Part shown: piece after piece, positions 1-8,933 of the stretch
How positions within the stretch are numbered: the stretch's first letter is position 1
How the letters are laid out: every line of letters begins with the position of its first letter
Source: an uncultured Lachnospiraceae bacterium
GTDB lineage: Bacteria; Bacillota; Clostridia; Lachnospirales; Lachnospiraceae
Direction: 5' to 3'
Assembly: GCA_946040795.1 (NCBI GenBank)
Contig: CAMGCK010000022.1
Coordinates: forward strand, 1-31,862
DNA length: 31,862 nt
Notes under the pieces: model-generated
The model's input: only the letters and a program-made list of their open reading frames with translations
What the model was told of the DNA's origin: nothing
Database searches by the model: none
Translations under genes and position numbers: made by a program

Positions 1-246
1 GCCAGTTCGCAAAGCTGCGGAAGCTCGAAAAAGCGGTCCGGAGTGGTCCAGGCGCTGCCCTGTACAAAAACGATGAGCGGCTTGGGCTGCTTTTTAATGG
101 CTTCCTGGTCTGCGTTCCAGGGAAGGATCAGGTCCATCGTCAGCTCCTTTTCCGTGGCGGTTGAATATACAACATTCTGGACAAATTTATACATGCCGTC
201 CAGCGTGGGGTTGTTTTTAATGATGGGAATCTCGGGATAACTCATA
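1..246 (-). CDS. alpha/beta hydrolase-like protein, N-terminal part (gene continues past the window start)
   Basis: The reverse complement of 229-246 reads caggaggtcactATGagt, an AGGAGG RBS 6 nt before the ATG. The translation is MSYPEIPIIKNNPTLDGMYKFVQNVVYSTATEKELTMDLILPWN...PLIVFVQGSAW. The (L)DLILP...PLIVFVxGxxW pattern is typical of esterase/lipase-type alpha/beta hydrolases. The reading frame stays open to position 1. Confidence 0.5.
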
Positions 247-399
247 GTGACCTCCTGTGTTTTTTCCGAACGGAGAATATTTGAAATAAATTATATCAGT
301 TTGAGATGTGGAATACAAGACGTAATGTGACGGAGGGGCATCCTCTGATCTCAAATACAGCTGGGTTTCACGGAATTCCGTAAAAACAGACAGATGCCT

Positions 400-428
400 T
401 TGAGTTTCGGAAAACAGTGTGATATAAT
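400..428 (+). promoter_or_regulatory. sigma-A-like promoter for the MATE gene: TTGAGT, 17 nt spacer, TG-extended TATAAT
   Basis: TTGAGT is at 400-405. A 17-nt spacer follows. gTGaTATAAT is at 419-428, about 75 nt upstream of the ATG at 502. Confidence 0.4.
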
Positions 429-501
429 CGTTTTTCATAATGAGTATTCTGCGCATTTCTGCGTGTACTGATCATAAGGTTTCAGATAATGGGAGGAATG
501 T

Positions 502-1890
502 ATGTCACGAACCGATAAAAATAGCAGCGGTACGGATCTTGTAAACGGCCGCATCACATCCACGCTTCTTGCGTTCTCTGTTCCGTTTCTGTTTTCCAGC
601 CTCTTGCAGACGCTGTATGGTACGGTGGACACCCTCACGGTGGGTCATTTCAGTTCCACAGCCAGTCTGGCGGCGGTATCCACAGGCGCGCAGGTCTTAA
701 GCTTGATGACCTTCCTGGCGTACGGCCTTTCAAACGGCGCAACGGTGCTGCTGGGTCAGGCCATCGGCGCGCAGGATCATAAAAAGGCAGCTAAGATCGT
801 GGGCAATACGGTCATCGACTTTGCCGTGGTCAGCGTAGTGCTGATGCTGTTTTTAGTGGTGCTGTATCCCACTCTTCTTACTATGCTGAATGTGCCGGAA
901 GCCGCAGTGGAAGAAGCCAGACGGTACTGTCTGATCTGTGCGTTCGGTATTCCGCTCATCGTGGGCTATAACACGGTCGGCGCGCTTTTACGTGCCATCG
1001 GCGACAGCAAAAGCCCGCTGTTATTCGTGGGCGTGGCGTGTGTCATCAATATCATCGGCGACCTGCTGCTCACCGGCGTGTTCAAGCTGGGCGCGGCCGG
1101 CGTGGCCATTGCGACGGTAGTGGCGCAGGGCTCCAGTTTTTTCTTCAGCCTGCTCTTCATCATGAAGCGCGGCATGGGTTTTGAATTTACACGAAAAGAT
1201 ATTCGTTTTGATAAGTTTACGACGCAGCAGATCTTCCGCATCGGTGTGCCGATGGGACTGCAGAGCATCCTGATCAATTTAAGCTTCCTGTTCATTACCG
1301 CAATCATCAATTCCATGGGTCTTACGGCAAGTGCGTCCATGGGCATCGGCGACAAGATCGTCGGCTTTGCTTTCCTGCCGCAGAATGCCATCAGCGGCGC
1401 GCTGGCGGTCATGGTTGCGCAGAACATCGGCGCGCGGAAGCCGGACCGTGCCATTACGGCGCTGAAGGTGGGTTCACTGGTCTGCTTTGTGATCGAAGTG
1501 CTGTTCCTGGCTTTCTGCCAGATCTGGCCGCATGTGCTGCCGTCATTATTTACGGAGGACGGCGAGGTTATCCGGCTGACCGGTCTTTACATGAAGGCTT
1601 ACAGTATCGACGCCGCGTTGACGGCGGTGACCTTCTGCATGGGCGGTTTTCTGAACGGCTGCGGAAAGACGACGTTCAATATGGTTCAGAATCTCATCAG
1701 TACATTCCTGGGAAGAGTGCCGGCTACGTTCCTGTTGAGCCGGATTCCGGATACCAACCTGTTCCTCATAGGTCTTGCGGCACCGGCGTCCACGCTGATG
1801 ACCATTATGATGGTGGGCATTTACATCGGCGGGGGTCACTGGAAAAAGAATCTGTATGCAGATGAGTCGATCGAAGCCGCTGAACAGTAA
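502..1890 (+). CDS. MATE family multidrug/oligosaccharide efflux transporter
   Basis: 462 aa, 12-TM type. The N-terminus LLAFSVPFLFSSLLQTLYGTVDTLTVGHFSSTASLAAVSTGAQV is the canonical MatE signature. RBS GGGAGGAATGT precedes the ATG. Confidence 0.9.
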   Translation: MSRTDKNSSGTDLVNGRITSTLLAFSVPFLFSSLLQTLYGTVDTLTVGHFSSTASLAAVSTGAQVLSLMTFLAYGLSNGATVLLGQAIGAQDHKKAAKIVGNTVIDFAVVSVVLMLFLVVLYPTLLTMLNVPEAAVEEARRYCLICAFGIPLIVGYNTVGALLRAIGDSKSPLLFVGVACVINIIGDLLLTGVFKLGAAGVAIATVVAQGSSFFFSLLFIMKRGMGFEFTRKDIRFDKFTTQQIFRIGVPMGLQSILINLSFLFITAIINSMGLTASASMGIGDKIVGFAFLPQNAISGALAVMVAQNIGARKPDRAITALKVGSLVCFVIEVLFLAFCQIWPHVLPSLFTEDGEVIRLTGLYMKAYSIDAALTAVTFCMGGFLNGCGKTTFNMVQNLISTFLGRVPATFLLSRIPDTNLFLIGLAAPASTLMTIMMVGIYIGGGHWKKNLYADESIEAAEQ

Positions 1891-1943
1891 TCCATGGTGG
1901 ATGAGGTAAGAGAGAACCGAAACAGAATCGGAGCAGGGACGGA

Positions 1944-2648
1944 ATGGAAACGCAAAGAGGAGTTGTAATCATGGAAAAACTGAAAAAACATTTTATAAAG
2001 GATCAGATGGGGAAACGCCTCATCATGTGTGTGCTCGGTGTGACGGTATGCGCCATGTCGGTTTCGTTCTTTAAGCGGGCGATGATGGGCGTGGATCCGT
2101 TCCAGTCCCTTCTGGCCGGTCTGGATCTTCTGGTGCCGATCTCCTTTGGCACGCTCAGCATGATCCTGAACGCCGTCTTTTTAGTGGGCGGCATGCTGAT
2201 GGACCGGCATTATGTGGGCATCGGAACGTTCATGGTACTGTTCCTGTCCGGTTATGTGGTCGATTTTTCCACGAATCTTTTGACAAAACTGCTGCCGGAT
2301 CCGAGTCTCCCGGTGCGCATTCTGTGCCTCATCATCGGAATCGTGGTCATGTGCATTGCGGCTGCGTTCTATACGACTGCGGATCTGGGCGTTTCTGCAT
2401 ATGATCAGATTGCGCTGATTCTGGCCTATACTTATCACTGGGGACCGTTCCGCTTCGTGCGCATCGGCACGGACTTTGTCTGCGTGGCACTTGGTGTTGT
2501 CCTGTTTTTCCTGGCCGGCGGTAAATTCTCCGGCATCGGCGCAGTGCTTGGAGTGGGAACCATCGCCGCGGCGTTTTTCATGGGACCGCTCATCGATCTT
2601 TTTATTCGGAAACTGGCGGAGCCGGCTCTGCGGAGCAGAACGTTGTGA
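1944..2648 (+). CDS. YczE/YitT-like integral membrane protein (alternative start ATG 1971, MEKLKK, has the better RBS)
   Basis: About 225-234 aa and hydrophobic, with CVLGVTVCAMSVSFFKRAMMGVDPFQSLLAGL as in the YczE/YyaS family. AGAGGAG lies 8 nt before ATG 1971. There is a 27-nt gap to the next gene, consistent with an operon with the GH31 gene. Confidence 0.65.
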   Translation: METQRGVVIMEKLKKHFIKDQMGKRLIMCVLGVTVCAMSVSFFKRAMMGVDPFQSLLAGLDLLVPISFGTLSMILNAVFLVGGMLMDRHYVGIGTFMVLFLSGYVVDFSTNLLTKLLPDPSLPVRILCLIIGIVVMCIAAAFYTTADLGVSAYDQIALILAYTYHWGPFRFVRIGTDFVCVALGVVLFFLAGGKFSGIGAVLGVGTIAAAFFMGPLIDLFIRKLAEPALRSRTL

Positions 2649-2675
2649 CAAACGGAAAGATATTGGAGGTGACTT

Positions 2676-4859
2676 ATGAAATTTACGAACGGCCTTTGGT
2701 TAATGAGAAAAGAGATTGCACCGATTTTCGCGGTGCAGTATGAGGGTCATCGAATGGCAGGCGATGAACTGATCGTCTACGCGGCAACTGCCCGGGTGAC
2801 CGAACGCGCGCAGACGGTGGGCGGAGGTCTGATGACGGTGCGCTTCACGAGCCCGATGGAAGACGTGATCCGGGTGTCTGTGAGCCATTTTGAAGGTACA
2901 CAGGAGACTGGACCGCGCGCGGAGATTACGGATCTGCATCCGCTGGTGTCCGTGACGGAAACGGAAACGCAGCTCATATATACCAGCGGAAAGACGAGCG
3001 CGGTGATTGAAAAGAGCATCGGCGGATGGTGCGTCCGTTTCATGGACGGCGATCGCGAGCTGACGTCTTCCGGCTACCATGGCATGGGCAATATGACCAA
3101 TGAAAAGACCGGCAGGGTGTACACGACGGAACAGCTTGGCATCGATGTGGCCGAATATATATACGGTCTCGGTGAGCGTTTCACACCTTTTGTGAAGAAC
3201 GGCCAGACCGTGGAGATCTGGCAGGCCGACGGCGGTACCGCATCGGAACAGGCATACAAAAACATTCCTTTTTATGTGACCAATAAGGGCTACGGTGTCC
3301 TGGTGGACGATGAAAGTGATGTTCAGTTTGAGATCGCCTCGGAAAAGGTGGGCCGCGTCTGCATGTCCGCGGAGGGCGAGCGTTTCAGTTATTATTTCAT
3401 CAACGGACAGACGCCCAAGGGAACGGTACAGAAATATACCGAGCTCACCGGTAAGCCTGCGCTTCCGCCAGCCTGGTCCTTTGGCCTCTGGCTTTCCACT
3501 TCATTTACCACAAATTATAATGAGGAGACTACCTCTTCCTTTATTCAGGGCATGAAAGACCGGGACATTCCGCTCAGTGTCTTCCATTTTGACTGTTTCT
3601 GGATGAAGGGCTACGAATGGTGCAATTTTGAGTGGGACAATGACGTGTTCCCGGATCCGGAGGACATGATCGCGCGCTACCATGCGCGCGGACTGAAGAT
3701 CTGTGTCTGGCTGAATCCGTACATCGGCCAGAAATCCGCGCTTTTTGATGAAGGCATGAAAAACGGTTATCTGTTGAAGAAAACGAACGGCGATGTCTGG
3801 CAGACCGACCTCTGGCAGGCCGGCATGGCGCTTGTGGACTTTACGAATCCGGCGGCGAGGGAATGGTACCGCGAAAAGCTGCGCGGCCTGCTGAACATGG
3901 GTGTGGACTGCTTCAAGACGGACTTTGGCGAGCGCATTCCGGTAAAAGACATTGCGTATTTTGACGGTTCGGACCCGGTGAAGATGCACAATTACTACAC
4001 GCACCTCTACAATGAGGCGGTGTTCTCCCTGTTAAAGGAAGAGCGCGGCGAGGGCGAAGCTGTCGTATTCGCGCGTTCTGCCACGGTGGGTGGACAGCAG
4101 TTCCCGGTTCATTGGGGCGGCGATTGTTCCGCGGATTATGTTTCCATGGCGGAAACGCTCCGCGGCGGTTTGTCCCTGTCTCTCTCCGGCTTTGGCTTCT
4201 GGAGCCACGATATCAGCGGCTTTGAAAGCACCGCCGCGCCGGACCTCTACAAGCGCTGGTGTCAGTTCGGCTTGCTGTCTTCACACAGCCGTCTGCATGG
4301 TTCGTCATCCTATCGTGTGCCGTGGCTGTTTGATGAGGAAGCCAGCGATGTGCTTCGCAAATTTACCCGCCTGAAATGCCGCCTGATGCCGTATCTGTAT
4401 CAGGCTGCGGTGGAGTCTCATACCAACGGAACGCCCATGATGCGGCCGATGTTCCTGGAATTCCCGGAAGACCGTGCCTGCGATACGCTGGACCGCCAGT
4501 ACATGCTGGGGGGCAGCCTGCTTGTTGCGCCGATCTTCAAGGCAAGCGGGGAAGTGGATTATTATCTCCCCGCGGGAAAGTGGGTCAATCTTCTCACCGG
4601 CGAAGTGAAGGAGGGCGGTTCATGGCAGCACGAAAAGCATGACTACATGAGCCTTCCGCTCATGGTACGCCCGAACACCATCCTGCCCATGGGCACGGTG
4701 GAGGATCGTCCGGACTATGATTACGCAAATAATCTGGAACTGTTCTTCTCTGAATTTGAGGAGGGGGCAGAGGCATCGGCCGTCATTCCGGACCTTTCCG
4801 GTAAGCCGGTTAAGAAAGTGACTGCTAAGAAAATAAACGGGGAGATCGTCGTTGAGTGA
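2676..4859 (+). CDS. yicI: GH31 alpha-xylosidase (YicI-like)
   Basis: 727 aa. It contains blocks that are near-identical to E. coli YicI as recalled from memory: GLGERFTPFVKNGQTVEIWQADGGTASEQAYKNIPFYVTNKGYGVLV, KPALPPAWSFGLWLSTSFTTNY, HFDCFWMKGYEWCNFEWD, KTDFGERIP and WGGDCSADYVSMAE. RBS GGAGGTGACTT precedes the ATG. Confidence 0.9.
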   Translation: MKFTNGLWLMRKEIAPIFAVQYEGHRMAGDELIVYAATARVTERAQTVGGGLMTVRFTSPMEDVIRVSVSHFEGTQETGPRAEITDLHPLVSVTETETQLIYTSGKTSAVIEKSIGGWCVRFMDGDRELTSSGYHGMGNMTNEKTGRVYTTEQLGIDVAEYIYGLGERFTPFVKNGQTVEIWQADGGTASEQAYKNIPFYVTNKGYGVLVDDESDVQFEIASEKVGRVCMSAEGERFSYYFINGQTPKGTVQKYTELTGKPALPPAWSFGLWLSTSFTTNYNEETTSSFIQGMKDRDIPLSVFHFDCFWMKGYEWCNFEWDNDVFPDPEDMIARYHARGLKICVWLNPYIGQKSALFDEGMKNGYLLKKTNGDVWQTDLWQAGMALVDFTNPAAREWYREKLRGLLNMGVDCFKTDFGERIPVKDIAYFDGSDPVKMHNYYTHLYNEAVFSLLKEERGEGEAVVFARSATVGGQQFPVHWGGDCSADYVSMAETLRGGLSLSLSGFGFWSHDISGFESTAAPDLYKRWCQFGLLSSHSRLHGSSSYRVPWLFDEEASDVLRKFTRLKCRLMPYLYQAAVESHTNGTPMMRPMFLEFPEDRACDTLDRQYMLGGSLLVAPIFKASGEVDYYLPAGKWVNLLTGEVKEGGSWQHEKHDYMSLPLMVRPNTILPMGTVEDRPDYDYANNLELFFSEFEEGAEASAVIPDLSGKPVKKVTAKKINGEIVVE

Positions 4860-4937
4860 TGGGACACCGATGAGACACCGGGAAACGTCCCCTCTGTCCC
4901 ACAAAATGAGACGCCAAGGAAACGTCCCCGGCGTCCC
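4860..4937. repeat. two copies of a short GC-rich hairpin element (TGGGACA ... GGGAAACGTCCCC ... TGTCCCA, and GAGACGCC ... GGAAACGTCCCC GGCGTCCC)
   Basis: TGGGACA is at 4860-4866. GGGAAACGTCCCC is at 4880-4892. TGTCCCA is at 4895-4901. GAGACGCC is at 4908-4915. GGAAACGTCCCC is at 4918-4929. GGCGTCCC is at 4930-4937. The same modules recur at 6276-6330, 8933-8991 and 29939-29953. Confidence 0.6.
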
Positions 4938-4954
4938 AGGAAAGGATATTACAA

Positions 4955-6274
4955 ATGGATACACAGAATAAAGGAAATGCCGCCGCACTGCTGCCGATTG
5001 GAGTATTCCTGGTTTTCTACCTGGGGCTGGGCATTCTGTTTGAATATGTGCTGAAGATCGAAATGGGATTTTACAATATTCCGATCATCGTGATCTTCAT
5101 GCTGTCGATTCTGGTGGCCTGCCTGCAGAACCGCAAGGTGGATCTGGATCATAAGATCGAGATCATGGCCTCCGGTGTGGGCGATAAAAACATCATGATC
5201 ATGCTGCTGATCTTCATCGAGGCCGGCATTTTTGTGGGCGTTGTAGGCAGAAGCTCCGCACAGAGCGTGGCGTACTTCATGCTGTCCCTGATTCCGGCGC
5301 GGTTTGCGGTCGTGGTGCTTTTTGTGGTGGCCTGTCTTGTTTCCATCGCGATGGGAACGTCTGTTGGAACCATCACGCTGATCACGCCCATCGGCATCGC
5401 GCTGGCAGAAAGCTCCGGTTTCTCCATTCCGCTGACCATCGCGTCCGTCATCGGCGGTGCCATGTTCGGTGACAATCTGTCCTTCATCTCCGATACGACC
5501 ATTGCAGCGTGTAAGGGCCAGGGCTGTGAGATGAAGGATAAGTTCCGTGAGAATTTTGGGATCGCGCTGCCGGCGGCGATCACCTCGATCATCGTGATCC
5601 TGCTGGTATCCTTAAAGAGTGAGACACAGGCCTATGAAATCGGGGAGTACAACCTGATCCAGACGATTCCGTATATGCTGGTATTGATCGGCGGTGTCAT
5701 CGGTGTCAATGTTTTTGCGGTACTTCTCATTGGCATTGTGTCCGGTTCTGTGATCATGCTGGCGACCGGCGCTGTTTCCGCGACGGCACTCCTGGGCAAT
5801 ATGGGTGCCGGTGCGGCCGGCATGTTCGAGACAGCGATGGTAGCGGTCCTGGTATCGGCCATCTGCGCACTGGTAAAGCAGAACGGCGGTTTCCGCGCCC
5901 TCTTGAATGCGCTGTACAAAGCCTTCAAGGGATACAAAGGCGGTCTGTTCGGTGTGGGCGTTCTTGTTATGCTGCTGGACATTGCCACTGCCAATAACAC
6001 GGTCGCCATCGTCATGGCCAATCCGATCGCAAAGGAAATGTCCGAAGAGTACGGAATCACGCCGAGGAAGACAGCATCGATCCTGGATACTTTCTCCTGC
6101 ATTGCCCAGGGCGTCATTCCTTACGGCGCGCAGATGTTAGTGGCGCTTGCTGCGGCAAATGAGCTGGGCTGCAATGTATCCGCGCCGCAGATCATGGGAT
6201 ATCTGTATTATCCCTATCTGCTGCTTCTGAGTTCTGTGGTGTTTATTGCTGCGGCAAAGAAAAAAGCAAAATGA
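4955..6274 (+). CDS. nhaC: NhaC family Na+/H+ antiporter
   Basis: 439 aa polytopic membrane protein. The pattern GVGDKNIMIMLLIFIEAGIFVGV plus the overall length and layout fit the NhaC family. RBS AGGAAAGGA precedes the ATG. Confidence 0.75.
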   Translation: MDTQNKGNAAALLPIGVFLVFYLGLGILFEYVLKIEMGFYNIPIIVIFMLSILVACLQNRKVDLDHKIEIMASGVGDKNIMIMLLIFIEAGIFVGVVGRSSAQSVAYFMLSLIPARFAVVVLFVVACLVSIAMGTSVGTITLITPIGIALAESSGFSIPLTIASVIGGAMFGDNLSFISDTTIAACKGQGCEMKDKFRENFGIALPAAITSIIVILLVSLKSETQAYEIGEYNLIQTIPYMLVLIGGVIGVNVFAVLLIGIVSGSVIMLATGAVSATALLGNMGAGAAGMFETAMVAVLVSAICALVKQNGGFRALLNALYKAFKGYKGGLFGVGVLVMLLDIATANNTVAIVMANPIAKEMSEEYGITPRKTASILDTFSCIAQGVIPYGAQMLVALAAANELGCNVSAPQIMGYLYYPYLLLLSSVVFIAAAKKKAK

Positions 6275-6275
6275 G

Positions 6276-6330
6276 TGGGACAATGAGGACGTTTCCCAAT
6301 GACCCAAATGGGACAGGAGGAAACGTCCCC
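6276..6330. repeat. second locus of the TGGGACA/AACGTCCCC element family, in a convergent 3' intergenic region
   Basis: TGGGACA is at 6276-6282. GGACGTTTCCC, the inverted orientation, is at 6287-6297. TGGGACA is at 6309-6315. GGAAACGTCCCC is at 6319-6330. Confidence 0.6.
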
Positions 6331-6501
6331 GTGCCAGCGCAGCCGGAATAGAGCTTTTCAGGCAGCGGTCATAAATGTTGGGAGCAAGGTCGGTGCAGCC
6401 ATAGTCAAAGTGGGTTTAAAGAAGAACGTAAATTTTACGGATATCTGTGGTCGTGGTGAATTCCTGTGTGATGATGAACGGTTTTGCCGCCGAATGGATC
6501 A

Positions 6502-7779
6502 TTACTTGTTCTGGCCGATTTCAGCCCCCTGTTCGATGAGCTGAGCCTGCAGAGCCTTTACGTCGATGGCGCGGGGCTCTTTTCCGCTCTTTACCGCCAG
6601 CGCGGCAGCGGTTCCGGCTGCTTCACCCATGCAGAGCACGGTGGACATGGCACGCCAGGATTCGTAGGCAATCTGGTCGCTGGAGATGCAGCGGCCGGCA
6701 ACTAAAAGGCCGTCCAGTTTTTCCGGAACAAAACAGCGGTAGGGAATACCGTAACCGTTGTGCTCCAGGAAACGGCGGTAGCCGTAATAGCGGATGACCG
6801 GGTTTGCGGCCATGGCCACACTGTCTTCAGGAACGACGCCGGTGAGAACATCCTCACCGGTGATCACATATTCGCCCTTGATAAAGCGGGTCTGACGGAT
6901 GCCGAGGAGCGGCGCGGTTTCGGAAATACGGGCATCCTTCAGCTCGGGATGCTTGACTTTCAGTTTTTCAAAATCTTCAGCAACGCGGAGACGTACATCG
7001 ACCTCCATGTCGGACAGGGAGCGGGCGTCTGTGCTGTCATGCCAGCCGGCGCTGGGACCCCACAGGACCATGTCAGTACCCATGACACAGCTGCCGATGG
7101 TAACATTGTCCGCGTCAAAGCCCGTGACTTTATACATGATACAGTCATCCAGCGATTTCTCACCGGCCATTTTATAGTCCATGAACTCCGCACCGGCGCG
7201 GGCAGCAACATCGCCGTCACCGGAGGCATCGATCACGACCGTGCCCATAACGGCATAGCGGCCGGATTTGGTCTCCACGATGACACCTTTGACGGTTTCC
7301 TTACCGGTCTCGGGGCAGGTTTCCTTGATGGTATCGGAGAAGAAGGCGTGGAACAGAATGTCACAGCCGGATTCTTTGACCATCTGCAGCGCGGCCAGCT
7401 TAAAGACTTCGGTGCTGAATGCGTAGCTGTAGGAAAGATCACCCTTGGTATTGGAGCGTTCTGTGGATTTGTATGCGGTGCTGACGGCAGCGCGCGCGCC
7501 GTTCATTTTGAGAAGACGGAGGATCAGTTCCTCACCGAGTCCCTTCATGACCTGAAGATCATTGGGCTCCACCTGATTGCGGATGCCGACGATGTCTGCC
7601 ATGAGAGAGGCCGTTGCAGTTCCGCCAAAGAAGGGGTAGCGTTCAATGATCAGCGTTTTTGCGCCGCGTCTTGCAGCAGCAACAGCAGCGGTGAAGCCGG
7701 CGCAGCCGCCGCCCACGACGATGACATCATAAGTACCGTAGACCGGAATGGTTTTTGTGGGTTCGATGTAAGTATCCAT
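6502..7779 (-). CDS. FAD-dependent oxidoreductase (FAD_oxidored/pfam12831-like)
   Basis: 425 aa. The N-terminal Rossmann fold DVIVVGGGCAGFTAAVAAARRGAKTLIIERYPFFGG has the GxGxxG motif. The C-terminal segment LLVAGRCISSDQ...CMGEAAGTAAALA is typical of this family. The minus-strand RBS AGGAGG is seen as the reverse complement of 7785-7790. Confidence 0.85.
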   Translation of the reverse strand: MDTYIEPTKTIPVYGTYDVIVVGGGCAGFTAAVAAARRGAKTLIIERYPFFGGTATASLMADIVGIRNQVEPNDLQVMKGLGEELILRLLKMNGARAAVSTAYKSTERSNTKGDLSYSYAFSTEVFKLAALQMVKESGCDILFHAFFSDTIKETCPETGKETVKGVIVETKSGRYAVMGTVVIDASGDGDVAARAGAEFMDYKMAGEKSLDDCIMYKVTGFDADNVTIGSCVMGTDMVLWGPSAGWHDSTDARSLSDMEVDVRLRVAEDFEKLKVKHPELKDARISETAPLLGIRQTRFIKGEYVITGEDVLTGVVPEDSVAMAANPVIRYYGYRRFLEHNGYGIPYRCFVPEKLDGLLVAGRCISSDQIAYESWRAMSTVLCMGEAAGTAAALAVKSGKEPRAIDVKALQAQLIEQGAEIGQNK

Positions 7780-8015
7780 GAGACCTCCTGTATAAAAAGT
7801 GACGTAAGCACGGCGTTTTTCCTGCGGGGAAACCTGTGCTGTTTTTGCTTTGGTGGGATTCTGAATCCATATTACGGCGCAGGTGATGCGATGTCAATTG
7901 GCTCTGCGTGACGTTTGAAAGGTTTGCGGAATAATACAAAAACCGACTGAAATGATGCGGTAACAACAGTGGAAAAGAATTTTTGAAAAGCGGAGAAATA
8001 ATTGTGTTTAAACAG

Positions 8016-8070
8016 TTGACAGCGTGTACATCCTGTGGTAAAACAAACATATGAACAAATGCTCATATGT
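8016..8070 (+). promoter_or_regulatory. promoter (TTGACA, 17 nt spacer, TAAAAC) with an overlapping ArsR/SmtB-type inverted-repeat operator
   Basis: TTGACA is at 8016-8021 and TAAAAC at 8039-8044. The imperfect palindrome ACATATGAACAA|ATGCTCATATGT spans 8047-8070 with 10 of 12 arm matches. It sits at and just downstream of the -10 hexamer, as expected for an autoregulated metal-sensing repressor. Confidence 0.5.
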
Positions 8071-8124
8071 ACGAAACGGAAGAACTTCCGGCTAAAAACA
8101 GACAGCAGGGAAAGGAGAGAATGC

Positions 8125-8514
8125 ATGGAAATCAAAAAGATCCAGAGTCACGGAGAACAGGCATCGGAAGTGGAATGCTGCGATGCGACCATCGTCCATC
8201 CGGAGCTGCTGGCCCGCGTAAGCGCGGATATGCCGCAGGAAGAGGAACTCTATGACCTTGCGGAGCTTTTCAAGGTCTTTGGTGATTCTACCCGCATCCG
8301 CATTCTGTATGTACTGTTTGAAGCGGAGGTCTGTGTCTGCGATCTGGCAGAAGTTCTGAACATGACACAGTCCGCCATCAGCCATCAGCTGAAGATCCTG
8401 AAGCAGGCCAAACTGGTCAAGGCCAGAAGGGACGGCAAGCAGGTGTTTTACACATTGGCTGATGAGCATGTTCGTACCATTATTTCCATGGGACAGGAGC
8501 ACATCGAGGAGTGA
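8125..8514 (+). CDS. ArsR/SmtB family metalloregulatory repressor (CadC-like)
   Basis: 129 aa. The winged-HTH region ELFKVFGDSTRIRILYVLFEAEVCVCDLAEVLNMTQSAISHQLKIL carries a CVC metal site in helix alpha-3. An N-terminal CC pair (EVECCD) matches the CadC alpha-3N sensing site. RBS AAGGAGAG lies 5 nt before ATG 8125. The long upstream extension from 8035 was rejected. Confidence 0.85.
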   Translation: MEIKKIQSHGEQASEVECCDATIVHPELLARVSADMPQEEELYDLAELFKVFGDSTRIRILYVLFEAEVCVCDLAEVLNMTQSAISHQLKILKQAKLVKARRDGKQVFYTLADEHVRTIISMGQEHIEE

Positions 8515-8578
8515 CGGTTCCGATCGTAACGGAAATCACATTAATATGAATACCGCTGAGGCGGAAAAGGAGTTATAT

Positions 8579-8797
8579 ATGAAAAAGAAATTTAATTTAC
8601 AGGACCTGGACTGCGCGAACTGCGCTGCAAAAATGGAAGCCAACATCAAGAAGATCGACGGCGTGAATGACGCAAGTGTCAGCTTTCTGACGCAGAAGAT
8701 GACCATTGATGCGGATGATGCACGCTTTGATGAAATCATGAAGGAAGTTGTCAAGGTCTGCAAAAAGGTCGAGCCGGACTGTGTAATTTTGATGTAA
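8579..8797 (+). CDS. heavy-metal-associated (HMA) domain protein, CopZ/CadA-N-terminus-like metallochaperone
   Basis: 72 aa. The DCANCAAKME metal-binding CxxC motif has the CANC form seen in Cd/Zn ATPase N-terminal domains. RBS AAAGGAG precedes the ATG. The gene ends in a double stop TAATAA. Confidence 0.8.
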   Translation: MKKKFNLQDLDCANCAAKMEANIKKIDGVNDASVSFLTQKMTIDADDARFDEIMKEVVKVCKKVEPDCVILM

Positions 8798-8806
8798 TAA
8801 GGTCAC

Positions 8807-8933
8807 ACGAAAGCCGAGACGGAGTCGAGGGGACGGTTCCGGAGGAACCGCGTGTGTGACCGCACGAAAGCCGAGACGGAGTCGAGGGGACGGTTCCGGA
8901 GGAACCGCGTGTGTGACCGCACGAAAGCCGAGG
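8807..8933. repeat. 57-bp direct tandem repeat, 2 full copies plus a 13-bp partial copy, each with nested inverted repeats
   Basis: The unit is ACGAAAGCCGAGACGGAGTCGAGGGGACGGTTCCGGAGGAACCGCGTGTGTGACCGC. Full copies lie at 8807-8863 and 8864-8920, and a partial copy at 8921-8933. Inside each unit, GGTTCC-GGA-GGAACC is a perfect palindrome. It is flanked by an outer inverted repeat GGTCACACG / CGTGTGTGACC. Confidence 0.85.

Noticed and set aside
43-240. 65-aa + ORF at the window start
   Set aside because: It lies entirely inside the better-supported minus-strand alpha/beta-hydrolase N-terminus, which has an AGGAGG RBS.
2003-4004. Assorted 60-170-aa antisense or alternate-frame ORFs inside yicI and neighbouring genes
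   Set aside because: They are embedded in or opposite strongly supported genes. They have no RBS and their composition is biased. They are GC-rich frame artefacts.
6299-6544. 81-aa ORF in the nhaC/FAD-oxidoreductase convergent spacer
   Set aside because: It starts inside the repeat element and has no RBS. The peptide is odd and Cys/Arg-rich. It overlaps the 3' end of the minus-strand gene. It is probably spurious.
6760-7911. 383-aa + strand ORF
   Set aside because: It is an antisense shadow of the minus-strand FAD oxidoreductase. The minus frame has an unmistakable GxGxxG FAD-binding N-terminus and an AGGAGG RBS. The + frame is low-complexity (Gly/Ala/Asp-rich) and has no RBS.
8035-8124. 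Upstream N-terminal extensions suggested by the ORF track
   Set aside because: The affected ORFs are ArsR from 8035, HMA from 8462, the ATPase from 8852, the ABC gene from 16908, the ABC gene from 18661, SPFH from 26557 and glnS from 30024. Internal ATG codons with canonical RBS and spacing give protein N-termini that match family norms. The extensions run through promoters, repeats or the upstream gene.
8807-8933. CRISPR array
   Set aside because: The repeats are directly adjacent with no spacers. The unit is 57 bp. No cas genes are present. This is a tandem repeat, not CRISPR.
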